From positions 1 to 56,138 of the forward strand of contig JAWBDT010000012.1 in NCBI GenBank assembly GCA_038821645.1: a stretch of DNA of 56,138 nt. The letters run 5' to 3'. The position numbers were made by a program, and so were the translations under genes. The notes beneath the pieces were generated by a model that saw nothing but the letters and a program-made list of their open reading frames with translations, was not told the origin of the DNA and did no database searches. Numbering within the stretch: the stretch's first letter is position 1; each line of letters opens with the position of its first letter. Positions 20,496-30,527 of the stretch are shown piece after piece. The stretch comes from Ignisphaera sp. (GTDB lineage Archaea > Thermoproteota > Thermoprotei_A > Sulfolobales > Ignisphaeraceae).

Positions 20496-22142
20496 TTGTT
20501 TAATCATGAACTTGCATTAATACCATTAGTACCAACTATTATAGCTCTCATTATACCCCTTCTTGCTTTAGTTACAAGAAACAGATATATTTATTCGTTT
20601 CTACAGCTTTCTGCTGCAATCATGATGCTTATATTGTCATTGATTGTTCTAAAGAATGTTTTGCAAAACGGAGCTATTGTCTATGCGTTTGGTGGCTGGC
20701 CTCCACCTATGGGCATAGTTTATGTAGCTGATTTCATTAATGCTGTATACGGATTACTTGCATGTACAATATTTTTCCTAGTCTCACTATATACTTTCTG
20801 GTACTATAAAGTAATTAGAGATTATGTATGGCATACACTTCTGCTTTTACTCTTAGTTACAGGTATAACAGGTTGCATCTATACTGGTGATATATTCAAT
20901 TTCTTCGTTATGCTCGAAGTCCTAGCACTATCTTCATACGCTCTTGTTTCATTCTTTAAGAAAAGGAAGTGGGCTATAGAAGCTTCAGCAAGTTATGCAT
21001 TTATAGGTTCTTTAGCAACGACATTCTTTCTCTTTGGCGTAAGCTTTCTATACCTATCTTTTGGAACACTAAATATTGCCGATCTCTCAGCTAAAGCTCA
21101 CAACTATAATTCGATAATGAGTCACTGGAGTGGAAACTGTACTGATAATATCTGTATAGGAAACATTGTGTTAGCTTCAGCCACAGCTACAGCATTCATG
21201 ATCTGGGCACTAACTTTCGAAGCAGGTCTCTTTCCTAATAATTACTGGCTTCCAAGCGCATATACTGAAGCACCTACACCAGCTTCAGCAATCTTTGCAG
21301 GCATAGTTGATAAGGTTGGAATCTATGGTATTTTGAGGCTATTTTTAACAATATTTACACCTTACGGCTCAACTTTGATGTTTAGGTTATGGGGAGTATC
21401 TTTTAGAGACTTTATACTATATGTTCTAAGTGTACTTGGTTTTATAACAGGACTTCTTGGAGCTCTCATAATGACCATTCAGAAAGATATTAAGAGACTT
21501 TTATCCTATAGTACAATAAGTCATATAGGGCTTATGTTCATGGCTATGGCTGGTTTAACATCAAGTCAAACCGAAGTAACTATAGCGTTAACCTTAACAG
21601 GAATAATCTTTCACAGCATTACACATGCTCTAGGAGAATCAATGGTTTTTATGGGATTAGGAACTCTAGCTAGTATAGCAAACAGTAGAAAAATTAACGA
21701 TATATATGGTTATGGAACAATGTATCCATACTTGTCTATAGCTATAGTTATTGGTTTATTGAGTCTTCTAGGTATTGCCCCTTTAGCAGGCTTCTTCAGC
21801 AAATATATACTTTTTCTTGCACTAATAAGTGCAAATTTCATTTATTATGCAATAGCATTAATAGTAATATCAGGTATTACTGCTATAGGTTATTTTAAAC
21901 TTATATATGCTCTTTTCCTTCAGAAACCAAAAGAGAACAAGAAAAGAGTTGACGTAACCATAGCAACAATAGTGTGCATGATCATGGCAATAGGATTAAT
22001 GATTCTGGGAATGATATCTATTCAGGGAGAACCTTACACATTTCTATACAGCAACAATATTCATGTCTCTTCAATAGATGGTGTTAAGCAGTATATAAAA
22101 ATAGTTGAAGATATTGCCAGAATATTGGGTGATAAACCTTGA
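20496..22142 (+). CDS. mnhD: Mrp/Mnh antiporter subunit D (MbhH-like proton-conducting subunit)
   Basis: [45 protein letters not shown]. Confidence 0.9.
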   Translation: MFNHELALIPLVPTIIALIIPLLALVTRNRYIYSFLQLSAAIMMLILSLIVLKNVLQNGAIVYAFGGWPPPMGIVYVADFINAVYGLLACTIFFLVSLYTFWYYKVIRDYVWHTLLLLLLVTGITGCIYTGDIFNFFVMLEVLALSSYALVSFFKKRKWAIEASASYAFIGSLATTFFLFGVSFLYLSFGTLNIADLSAKAHNYNSIMSHWSGNCTDNICIGNIVLASATATAFMIWALTFEAGLFPNNYWLPSAYTEAPTPASAIFAGIVDKVGIYGILRLFLTIFTPYGSTLMFRLWGVSFRDFILYVLSVLGFITGLLGALIMTIQKDIKRLLSYSTISHIGLMFMAMAGLTSSQTEVTIALTLTGIIFHSITHALGESMVFMGLGTLASIANSRKINDIYGYGTMYPYLSIAIVIGLLSLLGIAPLAGFFSKYILFLALISANFIYYAIALIVISGITAIGYFKLIYALFLQKPKENKKRVDVTIATIVCMIMAIGLMILGMISIQGEPYTFLYSNNIHVSSIDGVKQYIKIVEDIARILGDKP

Positions 22143-23656
22143 TAGGTGTTGAAGAATCTTTCAAAACCATTTATTTCATACTTATTATAGTGACACTAAT
22201 CTTTATAGTTATTGTTGGAAGCTTCAAAAAGATTAGAAAATTGAGATTCATAGGATATGTAGGATTAGTTCTCATGACTCTAGTAACATATGGTCAAGAT
22301 TTCATAGATACACCTTCATTAGTATTCTCATGCCTAGCATTAGCTATAGGCTTTTCTGCATCAATGTATAGTGATACATATGAATTAAAGAAATACAGAT
22401 CCTCAGACTTACATATACTTATAGATCTCTTTGCTCTATCAATCTACTTGACTTTTCTAGCACCCACTATCGCTTTATTCATCATCTTCTGGTTTCTCTC
22501 CGAAATCATAGGTTTTTTCACAATAGTGTACGAAATAAGAACTGAGACATTTAGAGCAGGTTTAAGATATTTAGTAGTATCAATGGTACCAGCAGATCTA
22601 GCTTTAATGAGTTTTTTAGCCTATTTATCCTTAAATAGAGGATTCCTAAATGCATTATCTACGTATTTAACTGATATTCCATTGGTGACAAATATAATGC
22701 CTCTACATATATCTTTAATAACTATATTAGGTTTTTCAGCTAAAGCAGCTATAATTCCTTTACACTTTTGGCTACCTGATGCACATTCACTTGCGCCAGC
22801 ACCTGCATCAGCTCTTCTTTCAGGTGTGATGGTTAAGATGGGGATATATGGTGTAATGAGAACCCTACCTATAATCGATACCCAGATTACACCAGCGATT
22901 CTTACTGGTTTGGGGATCTTTTCAGCTATATATGGAGGATTTATGGCTTTAGTTCAAATAGATATAAAGAGGATCTTAGCATATAGCACAATAGAAAATA
23001 CAGGACTAATGATGATCTCTCTTATGATCTACAAATTGACAAATAGTGTACTAGCATATAGCACGTCAATATCTCTAGCATTAGCTCATTCATTATTTAA
23101 ATCTGCATTATTTCTCAATGCAGGAACAGTTGAAGTAATTGCTCATACAAGAGATATAGATAGGTTAGGTTTTTTAGTGAAAATAGCTCCAAAAGCATCT
23201 ACATCAGCATTAATTTCAGCTCTATCGCTAATGGGTATACCGCCTACACTTGGATTTATAGCTAAACTTTTATTGTTCGTATTGTTGATAGAGTTCATAA
23301 CATTTAATACTCTATGGGGGATATTTCTACTTGTTTCTATAGTAATGGCTTTGTCTCTAGCAATAATATACAGCATAAAGTATTTGACGGTTTACTGGGG
23401 ATCTTGGAAAACAAAGAAAATAGACGTTGTCCATGTATCTGAAGAACAGTTAGTGAAATGGGAATATATACCAGCTATATTAAGTTTAGTACTATCACCT
23501 TTGATGCCTCTGATTCTTAACATACCCATAACTATGGATGTAATTATTTCGTTAATATTAGCATTAACGTTATTCACTATAGTAACAATGTATGTATACT
23601 CACGAGTTAAGCACATAACTCACGATACTATATGGCTTGGAGGAGAACTACCTTGA
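22139..23656 (+). CDS. hydrogenase antiporter-like membrane subunit (HyfB/NuoL-like)
   Basis: [57 protein letters not shown]. Confidence 0.88.
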   Translation: MIGVEESFKTIYFILIIVTLIFIVIVGSFKKIRKLRFIGYVGLVLMTLVTYGQDFIDTPSLVFSCLALAIGFSASMYSDTYELKKYRSSDLHILIDLFALSIYLTFLAPTIALFIIFWFLSEIIGFFTIVYEIRTETFRAGLRYLVVSMVPADLALMSFLAYLSLNRGFLNALSTYLTDIPLVTNIMPLHISLITILGFSAKAAIIPLHFWLPDAHSLAPAPASALLSGVMVKMGIYGVMRTLPIIDTQITPAILTGLGIFSAIYGGFMALVQIDIKRILAYSTIENTGLMMISLMIYKLTNSVLAYSTSISLALAHSLFKSALFLNAGTVEVIAHTRDIDRLGFLVKIAPKASTSALISALSLMGIPPTLGFIAKLLLFVLLIEFITFNTLWGIFLLVSIVMALSLAIIYSIKYLTVYWGSWKTKKIDVVHVSEEQLVKWEYIPAILSLVLSPLMPLILNIPITMDVIISLILALTLFTIVTMYVYSRVKHITHDTIWLGGELP

Positions 23657-23949
23657 ATTATACAGTCGCATCTATAATAGAGAGAATTACTGAAACATTG
23701 AAACGTAAAGGAAGTAAGATAATAGCTGATAGTAAAACGAAATTCAGTAAACTAGTAAACATCTTCGTATATGTACATAAGGCATTATCAAAAGAGGACA
23801 AGGTCATTGATATAGCTAAAGCTATAGCTATAACACTTCAAAAAATCCAAGGCTCTCTAGAAGATTCTCTTTCAACTCAATCTCTATTCTTAGAACTACT
23901 TTCTGTACTCGCCATAGTCACAGTATTGGTGGTCGCTTGGTGGAGCTAA
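23653..23949 (+). CDS. small hydrogenase-associated membrane protein (amphipathic helix plus C-terminal TM)
   Basis: TTG overlapping the upstream TGA with a GGAGG RBS; C-terminal hydrophobic helix; inside the operon. Confidence 0.6.
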   Translation: MNYTVASIIERITETLKRKGSKIIADSKTKFSKLVNIFVYVHKALSKEDKVIDIAKAIAITLQKIQGSLEDSLSTQSLFLELLSVLAIVTVLVVAWWS

Positions 23950-24845
23950 TAACGATCTTAACCACATTTCTGTCTGTATGTTTGTATATATTTATACCAC
24001 CTATACTTGATGGTATAGAGCGTAAGATTAAGGCCAATATACAGACTAGGTACGGTCCTCCAACAATTTTTCAGACATGGTATGATATACTTAAATTAAT
24101 GTCTAAGGAATTAATTATGTCTACAAAAGTTAGATATATAATCCTACCTCTATCTATATCGTTAACCTTAACACTATTTCTAGCCATAGTTATATCACTT
24201 TCTATAGTATCTACCACATCTCTATTATCATTTTATCCCTATGCTGCCTTATTTCTTGTGATTGTGATATCTATACATGCACTACATCTACTACTATACA
24301 TATCTTCAGCAAATCCTTTCTCGATCATAGGCACATTTAGGATTATCTCTATAGATGTGGCTAATGAAGTTGGCTTTGCGACCTTCTTGGTATTAACTAT
24401 GGTGTCACGTTATGTTAATAGCTCAGCTAGTCTATCCCTTTTTATACTATCCTTTATACCTCTATTGATAGCTGTGTATGTATCTAGTAGGAGACTTCCA
24501 TATGATTTACATGAAGCTGAACCTGAACTAGCTTCAGGTTCAATAATAGAGCTATCAGGTCCTATATTGGGATTATACATATATAACCATCTTCTTGAAA
24601 AATATTTACTTATCTCTATACCTGTAGCTTTAATTATGTTAATGTTTGGATTGAACGTAGGTAACCAGAGTTTACATCTGCTTCTTCTTCACATATTTGC
24701 AGCAATAATCTATATGGTTTTCTCTATAGTTAGTACAATTCTCGGAAGATCGAGAATTGATTTAGCTTTCAAAACCTTAATACTAATATACTCACTAGCC
24801 ATAATTATCTGGATTGGTGTATACATATTTGAGCAAACTCTATAA
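23937..24845 (+). CDS. hydrogenase membrane anchor subunit (NuoH/HycD/MbhM family)
   Basis: GIERKIKANIQTRYGPP, QTWYDILKL, RLPYDLHEAEPELASG. Confidence 0.9.
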   Translation: MVELITILTTFLSVCLYIFIPPILDGIERKIKANIQTRYGPPTIFQTWYDILKLMSKELIMSTKVRYIILPLSISLTLTLFLAIVISLSIVSTTSLLSFYPYAALFLVIVISIHALHLLLYISSANPFSIIGTFRIISIDVANEVGFATFLVLTMVSRYVNSSASLSLFILSFIPLLIAVYVSSRRLPYDLHEAEPELASGSIIELSGPILGLYIYNHLLEKYLLISIPVALIMLMFGLNVGNQSLHLLLLHIFAAIIYMVFSIVSTILGRSRIDLAFKTLILIYSLAIIIWIGVYIFEQTL

Positions 24846-26526
24846 CGTTGATGCTAACAGTAAGTTCAATGAGGTTTACTTAAACGAATTTATACAAAGT
24901 ATACAGGGCATGGCAAGAATTGAGGAAAGAGGGACGGATTTTCTAAGAGTTGTAACACTAAAGGATAATCTCTACAATGTTATTGAGAAGTTACTGAAGA
25001 TTAAGGATGTTTATCTGAGGACTATGGTTTCATCTGATGAAAGAGCCATTAACGGTTTCTTTAAGCTTTATTACGTTTTTGGAATAGATACATTAAGCAA
25101 GAGTGTTATTATTGAAGTTCCACTAACAGAAAACGATCTTATTGTGCCCACACTAGTTAATTTAGTTAAAGCAGTTGATTGGTACGAAAGAGAAGCCCAC
25201 GATCTCATGGGCATAAAATTTGCTAAAAGGAACTTGTACAGATTTGTATTACCAGATGATTGGCCTACTGATGTATACCCCTTAAGAAAGGATTACACTG
25301 TTCAAGATCTAATGAAACTCTATACACCAAAAGTTATTGAACATGCTAAAGAAGTTGAAGCTGAAACAGTAACAATTATCCCTATAGGTCCTTATCATCC
25401 AGCATTACATGAGCCTGAGTATTTTGAACTATATGTGAGAGGTGAAAAAATTGTTGATGTTAGGTACATAGGATTCATGGTGCATAGAGGTATAGAGAAA
25501 CTTGGAGAATCAATGAAGTACAATCAAGTACCTTTTCTAGCTGAAAGGATCTGTGGTATATGTGGTTTCGTACATTCTACATCTTATTGTCAAGCAGTTG
25601 AACATGCTCTTCGAATTGATGTACCTGAAAGAGCACAATACATACGATCTATAGTACTTGAGCTAGAGAGGCTGCATAGCCATTTGTTATGGCTTGGTGT
25701 AGCCTTTCACCTTCTAGGTTATGATACAGGTTTCATGCACTCGTGGAGAATTAGGGAACAGGTAATGATTTTAGCAGAACTTTTAACAGGTAGTAGGAAG
25801 ACTTATGGAATCAATATTGTTGGAGGAGTCAGAAGAGATATTGATGAAGACAAAATTAGGAAATTTCTAGAAGTACTGAAGAATGTTGAGAAGGAATTCA
25901 AGACATTTATCGATATAGCTATTTCTGTTCCACAGGTTAAAGCACGACTTAAGGGAACAGGTATCTTGCCTAAATCAGAGGCACAAGCACTTTCACTAGT
26001 AGGTCCAACTGTCAGGGGTTCTGGTATACCTCGAGATGTAAGAAAGGATTATCCTTATGCTGCATATAGGTACGTACACTTTGATGTAGCTGTTCAAGAT
26101 GAATGTGATAATATGGCTCGAGCATTAGTACGTGTTAATGAAATCTTTGAAAGTATAGACGTATTGAGACAACTTCTAGATAAGCTTCCAAAAGGTGCTA
26201 TAGCTGTAGAGAGTTGGGAGCCCGAGCCACATAGGATAGGTATAGGATCTGTTGAAGCTCCACGAGGAGAGGTTATACATATGGTTATAACAGGTACTTA
26301 CTCTCCATACAGATGGAGGGTACGTGCTCCCACATATCAAAATCTTCCTGCAGTGCCAATAATGCTTAGAGAAATGGAACTAGCTGATGCTCCTATTACC
26401 ATAGCCAGTATTGATCCTTGTTTTTCATGTACTGATCGAGCACTAATTATAAACATTAGGAAGGGCAAGATAGAAACTGTACCTCTGTATGTTTTGTCTA
26501 GAAAAAAGTTAGAAGCTGTTAGGTGA
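24814..26526 (+). CDS. hycE: group 4 [NiFe] hydrogenase large subunit, HycE-type (NuoC+NuoD fused)
   Basis: WYEREAHDLMG, GPYHPAL, L1 ERICGICG, L2 DPCFSCTDR plus a C-terminal extension. Confidence 0.92.
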   Translation: MVYTYLSKLYNVDANSKFNEVYLNEFIQSIQGMARIEERGTDFLRVVTLKDNLYNVIEKLLKIKDVYLRTMVSSDERAINGFFKLYYVFGIDTLSKSVIIEVPLTENDLIVPTLVNLVKAVDWYEREAHDLMGIKFAKRNLYRFVLPDDWPTDVYPLRKDYTVQDLMKLYTPKVIEHAKEVEAETVTIIPIGPYHPALHEPEYFELYVRGEKIVDVRYIGFMVHRGIEKLGESMKYNQVPFLAERICGICGFVHSTSYCQAVEHALRIDVPERAQYIRSIVLELERLHSHLLWLGVAFHLLGYDTGFMHSWRIREQVMILAELLTGSRKTYGINIVGGVRRDIDEDKIRKFLEVLKNVEKEFKTFIDIAISVPQVKARLKGTGILPKSEAQALSLVGPTVRGSGIPRDVRKDYPYAAYRYVHFDVAVQDECDNMARALVRVNEIFESIDVLRQLLDKLPKGAIAVESWEPEPHRIGIGSVEAPRGEVIHMVITGTYSPYRWRVRAPTYQNLPAVPIMLREMELADAPITIASIDPCFSCTDRALIINIRKGKIETVPLYVLSRKKLEAVR

Positions 26527-27029
26527 AGAATATGGTTAAATTCCTTAAGATACTACCTATTTCAGCTAAAATAGGTACAGTTACAGTAATGTATCCTTAT
26601 GATAGACCTCTAGTTACAGAATCATTCAGAGGTGCTATAGAAGTAGATCCAGGTAAATGTGTAGGGTGTGGTGCCTGTACACGAATATGTCCGCCTAAAG
26701 CATTAAGTTTTATTCAAGAAGGAGAGACATTGATACTGAGATATTTTGTGGGAAGATGTATCTTCTGTGGCATGTGTGCTGATACCTGTCCTGAAAAAGC
26801 TATAAAGATTACAAAAGAATTCGAACTAGCTTCAAGTAGTCTCTACGAACTTTATAGTGATGTGCAACACAGCCTTAGCACATGTAGGAGATGTGGCAAA
26901 AAGTTTGTTACAAGAAAATTAATGAATAAAGTAAAGAATCTTGTCAAAGAACTTCCAGAAGAGCTGTTGGAGTTATGCCCAAATTGTAGAAGAATTGAAT
27001 CATTATTAAGAACAACAAACTTGAGATGA
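26523..27029 (+). CDS. hydrogenase 2x[4Fe-4S] subunit (HycF/NuoI-like)
   Basis: FRGAI, CVGCGACTRICP, CIFCGMCADTCP, additional CRRC/CPNC. Confidence 0.9.
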   Translation: MKNMVKFLKILPISAKIGTVTVMYPYDRPLVTESFRGAIEVDPGKCVGCGACTRICPPKALSFIQEGETLILRYFVGRCIFCGMCADTCPEKAIKITKEFELASSSLYELYSDVQHSLSTCRRCGKKFVTRKLMNKVKNLVKELPEELLELCPNCRRIESLLRTTNLR

Positions 27030-27035
27030 GTGCCT

Positions 27036-27551
27036 ATGAAGATTACTACGATAACTAGCTTTAGTGAAAAAGATTTAGAGAAGGCTTTAGCAAAAATAAA
27101 GAGAAGTATATGGGTATACCATCTTAATACTGGAAGCTGTAATGGCTGTGATATAGAGATTCTTGATGTACTAACTCCTTGGTTTGATGTAGAAAGATTT
27201 GGCATAAGACTTGTGGCCAGCCCCAGACATACTGATCTGGTCCTTCTTACAGGTCCCATAACTGTAAAGACCTTATCAAAAGTTATCAAAGCATTAAGAG
27301 CTGTACCTAGACCCCGACTAGTTATGGCCATAGGTTCTTGTGCTGTAGGCGGAAATATATGGTTTGAATCATATTCAACAATAGGAGGCTTCTATAAAAT
27401 TCTCGACAAACTGAACGATATAGGTATAGTGGTAGACAGAGTGATCTATGTTCCTGGATGTCCAGCTAGACCTGAAGCAATAATATATGGTACAGCAGTA
27501 CTTTTGGGTCTATTGAAGCCCAAAACACATTATAAAAGAGTTGAAGCTTGA
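27036..27551 (+). CDS. group 4 hydrogenase small subunit (HycG/NuoB-like)
   Basis: GSCNGCDIE, SPRHTD, GSCAVGG, VPGCPARP. Confidence 0.92.
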   Translation: MKITTITSFSEKDLEKALAKIKRSIWVYHLNTGSCNGCDIEILDVLTPWFDVERFGIRLVASPRHTDLVLLTGPITVKTLSKVIKALRAVPRPRLVMAIGSCAVGGNIWFESYSTIGGFYKILDKLNDIGIVVDRVIYVPGCPARPEAIIYGTAVLLGLLKPKTHYKRVEA

Positions 27552-27808
27552 TGCGACTAAAAGTAGTTTTATGTAGAGAAGTCGAACAACCACCTTTTCC
27601 AACACTATTGCCAAGACACATCATAGCTCCTATAGTATTATGTAAGAATCTTAAAGAAATTGATGTTGATGAACTACCGAAGAACGTTATAGAAATGATA
27701 AAGAATAGAGGTTACAGTATTATAGATGATTCAGCAAAGGCCTTAGAAATTATAGGGTTAAGCCTAGCTGAAAATGAGTATGTAAAAATTTTTATAGTAG
27801 AACATTGA
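27548..27808 (+). CDS. hypothetical protein in the hydrogenase operon
   Basis: 86-aa ORF overlapping the small-subunit stop and ending 6 nt before the next gene. Confidence 0.65.
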   Translation: MMRLKVVLCREVEQPPFPTLLPRHIIAPIVLCKNLKEIDVDELPKNVIEMIKNRGYSIIDDSAKALEIIGLSLAENEYVKIFIVEH

Positions 27809-27814
27809 ATCTGT

Positions 27815-28888
27815 ATGTATAGTAATGATATAGGGATAGATATGCGTTACGCATTTCTATGTAAAAATAGAGGAGGTAAGAGAGGTTTTATAGCCATTAT
27901 AGGTGGAGGTCCAGCTGGATTAGCAGCTACAGGCTATTTATCATGCATGGGTTACGATGTTGATGTTTATGATAAACTCCCCTATGCCGGAGGCTTAATG
28001 ATGTTTGCCATACCTAGCTATAGAATATATCCTGATAACGTTATAGAAGGTGTTGAAGATCTTCGAGATAGAATGTCTGTTAAGTTTTACCTAAAGACTA
28101 AAGTCTTTGCAAAAGGGCAATCAAGATATGATGAAGGAGACGAATTTGTTGAAAATACTATAGCTCTTGAAGAACTTGTGGAAAAATATGATGCAATTCT
28201 TATTGCTACAGGTACATGGAATTCGAGGAAACTTGGTATCGAAGGCGAAGACAGTAAAAACGTTTTAACAGCACTTGAATATCTATATCATTGGAGACTC
28301 TATGAAGAAGGTCTAATACAAGAAAAGCCAATTAAAGGAGACAAGGTAGTAGTTATTGGTGCGGGTCTTTCAGCTATTGATGCAGCTGAAAAAGCATTAG
28401 AAGAAGGAGCTGAAGTCTATGTAGCCTATAGAAGAACTATAGCGGAAGCCCCCGCAGGTATATACACGATAAATAGTCTAATTAGGGAAGGAGTGCATTT
28501 CATAGAACTCGTCCAACCATCTAAAATAATAACCTCTAACAATATTGCCACAGGAATCGTATTCACTAAGATGAGGCTTGGTGAACTTGATGAAACTGGT
28601 AGACCTAAGCCTATTCCTATACCAGGTTCAGATTTCGAGATAGATGCTGATCTTATTATTCTTGCTGTAGGCGAAATACCTACACCACCGTTCATAGACA
28701 AATTTTCAAGTATCTCGCTAGATAGATCTCGAAGAATAATTGTAAATAAGTTCTATCAAACAAACCTAGATAAGGTGTTTGCGGCTGGAGACGTAGTAAT
28801 AGGTCCTAGCTTCATAGGTAAAGCTTTTAGCTCAGGGCTTAGAGCAACTAAATATCTAGATAGTTTTTTAACCTATAGAAAAATGTAG
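27815..28888 (+). CDS. GltD/SudA-like FAD- and NAD(P)-binding oxidoreductase (short form)
   Basis: IIGGGPAGL, GGLMMFAIPSYR, VIGAGLSAID, YRR, VFAAGDV; no N-terminal Fe-S domain. Confidence 0.88.
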   Translation: MYSNDIGIDMRYAFLCKNRGGKRGFIAIIGGGPAGLAATGYLSCMGYDVDVYDKLPYAGGLMMFAIPSYRIYPDNVIEGVEDLRDRMSVKFYLKTKVFAKGQSRYDEGDEFVENTIALEELVEKYDAILIATGTWNSRKLGIEGEDSKNVLTALEYLYHWRLYEEGLIQEKPIKGDKVVVIGAGLSAIDAAEKALEEGAEVYVAYRRTIAEAPAGIYTINSLIREGVHFIELVQPSKIITSNNIATGIVFTKMRLGELDETGRPKPIPIPGSDFEIDADLIILAVGEIPTPPFIDKFSSISLDRSRRIIVNKFYQTNLDKVFAAGDVVIGPSFIGKAFSSGLRATKYLDSFLTYRKM

Positions 28889-28895
28889 ATATCTA

Positions 28896-29444
28896 ATGAA
28901 GGTATTTAGCATGTCTAACCCAGATAAAGAAACTGTTCCAGGATTAGGGATCAGAGTTAGAAGGTTCATGCTATATGATAAGTGTATAGGTTGCTATACC
29001 TGTGAAGAAGTGTGTAAATTCCTAAATAATGAATATGCATTTATAAAACTGTATGAAATTGAAAGTGGTTTAAGTAAACCTATCTCGTGTTTCCATTGCG
29101 TTAAAGCACCATGTGTAACAGTATGTCCAACCAATGCACTAATATTTGATAAAAATGGTGCAGTAATTGATAGAACTACTAGATGTATAGGTTGTACTTC
29201 ATGTATGATTGCTTGTCCATTTGGTATACCAGAACTAACTCCTATGGGATACGTAATTAAGTGTGATCTATGCTCTAAACTACGATCCGAGGGTCTGGAA
29301 CCAGGATGTGTTGCTACATGCCCAACTAATGCAATTATATGGGGAAATCCCGATGAAATTGTAAAGAGATCGCGAGAAAGAATACTCTATAGACTGGTTG
29401 AAGCATTTAAGCTTAGTGAAAAGCAGTCCCACTATTCAGATTAA
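28896..29444 (+). CDS. 4x[4Fe-4S] electron-transfer subunit (HycB/FdhB/DmsB-like)
   Basis: CIGCYTCEEVC, CFHCVKAPCVTVCP, CIGCTSCMIACPFG, KCDLC..PGCVATCP. Confidence 0.9.
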   Translation: MKVFSMSNPDKETVPGLGIRVRRFMLYDKCIGCYTCEEVCKFLNNEYAFIKLYEIESGLSKPISCFHCVKAPCVTVCPTNALIFDKNGAVIDRTTRCIGCTSCMIACPFGIPELTPMGYVIKCDLCSKLRSEGLEPGCVATCPTNAIIWGNPDEIVKRSRERILYRLVEAFKLSEKQSHYSD

Positions 29445-29590
29445 TTCCAAGCTTATTACTGAAACTCATAATAATGATATTATGTCAGTTGGTTATATAT
29501 TTAGTTATTTAAATACATCTCCATATAGGATTGTTTATACATGTAAAAAATTTTTAAATAAATTTTACATAATAATTCCAAGGTGTACAT

Positions 29591-30505
29591 ATGTCTAATT
29601 CATCTAACCAGCCAAGACTAGCCATACTGTTTCTAGATACAGATAAGCACGTGAGTCCATTTGAACCATTGATGGTTATAGGTCTGTTTCCTGAAGTTCA
29701 TATACTCTTGTACAGTAATGTTGAGCCAGAAGATGTTCAAAGAATAGTACAGGATGCCATGTTCCCAAGAGGACCTAGGGGTATTAAATACACAAAAATG
29801 TTTATAGGAGGTTATGATGTTGAAAAAGTTGAAAAAATAGTTGAAATAGTTAAGAAAACTATGTTTCCACCTTTTGAATTCGCAGTAATAGTTGATCCAC
29901 GTGGATCAAACACTACTGCTGCTGCAGCTGTAGCCAAGATGTATCAGCTATCTATGAAACACGGATTTGGCGACTTCAAAAACAAGAAAGTTGTAATACT
30001 TGCTGGAACAGGTCCTGTAGGTTTTGCTGCAGCTGTTATGTTTAGTCTCGAAGGTGCAAGTGTGTACGTGACTTCACGTAGCATTGAAAAAGCAAAAGTT
30101 ATTGCAGATAGAGTAAATAAAGAGGTAGGTCTTAATGTTGTTGAAGGTATTAAGGCTCATACTCAAGAAGAGATATGTGAAGGTATTGAAGAAGCTGATC
30201 TAATACTTGCTTCAGGTGCTGCTGGTATCCGATTACTGAGTCTAGAAACACTTAAGAAATGCGGTAAAAAGGTTAAAGTAGTTGCAGATGTTAATGCTGT
30301 ACCACCAACTGGTATAGAAGGACTAGAGCCAAATGATGAAGATAAAGAGATCCTTCCGGGAGTTTATGGTGTTGGAGCTTTAAGGATAGGTTCCTTAAAG
30401 AACAAGATCCTTGCTGAACTATTTAAACGTGTTGCTGAAGCACCTAAAGGTATATTTGATTATAGAATTGCATGGGAAATAGCAAAACAGCTCGTAAGCA
30501 AGTAA
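29591..30505 (+). CDS. mtdB: NAD(P)-dependent methylene-H4MPT dehydrogenase (MtdA/MtdB/MtdC family)
   Basis: DTDKHVSPFE, QDAMFPRGP, FIGG, DPRGSNTTAAA, LAGTGPVG, DVNAVPP, GALRIGSLK match methylotroph Mtd enzymes; subfamily uncertain. Confidence 0.88.
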   Translation: MSNSSNQPRLAILFLDTDKHVSPFEPLMVIGLFPEVHILLYSNVEPEDVQRIVQDAMFPRGPRGIKYTKMFIGGYDVEKVEKIVEIVKKTMFPPFEFAVIVDPRGSNTTAAAAVAKMYQLSMKHGFGDFKNKKVVILAGTGPVGFAAAVMFSLEGASVYVTSRSIEKAKVIADRVNKEVGLNVVEGIKAHTQEEICEGIEEADLILASGAAGIRLLSLETLKKCGKKVKVVADVNAVPPTGIEGLEPNDEDKEILPGVYGVGALRIGSLKNKILAELFKRVAEAPKGIFDYRIAWEIAKQLVSK

Positions 30506-30527
30506 TTAAATAAATTCGGTGTATGTA

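Noticed and set aside
27027-27038. In-frame TGA between the HycF-like and HycG-like genes (possible selenocysteine)
   Set aside because: Not at a conserved Cys position; both genes are complete; FwdB uses Cys at its metal-ligand site
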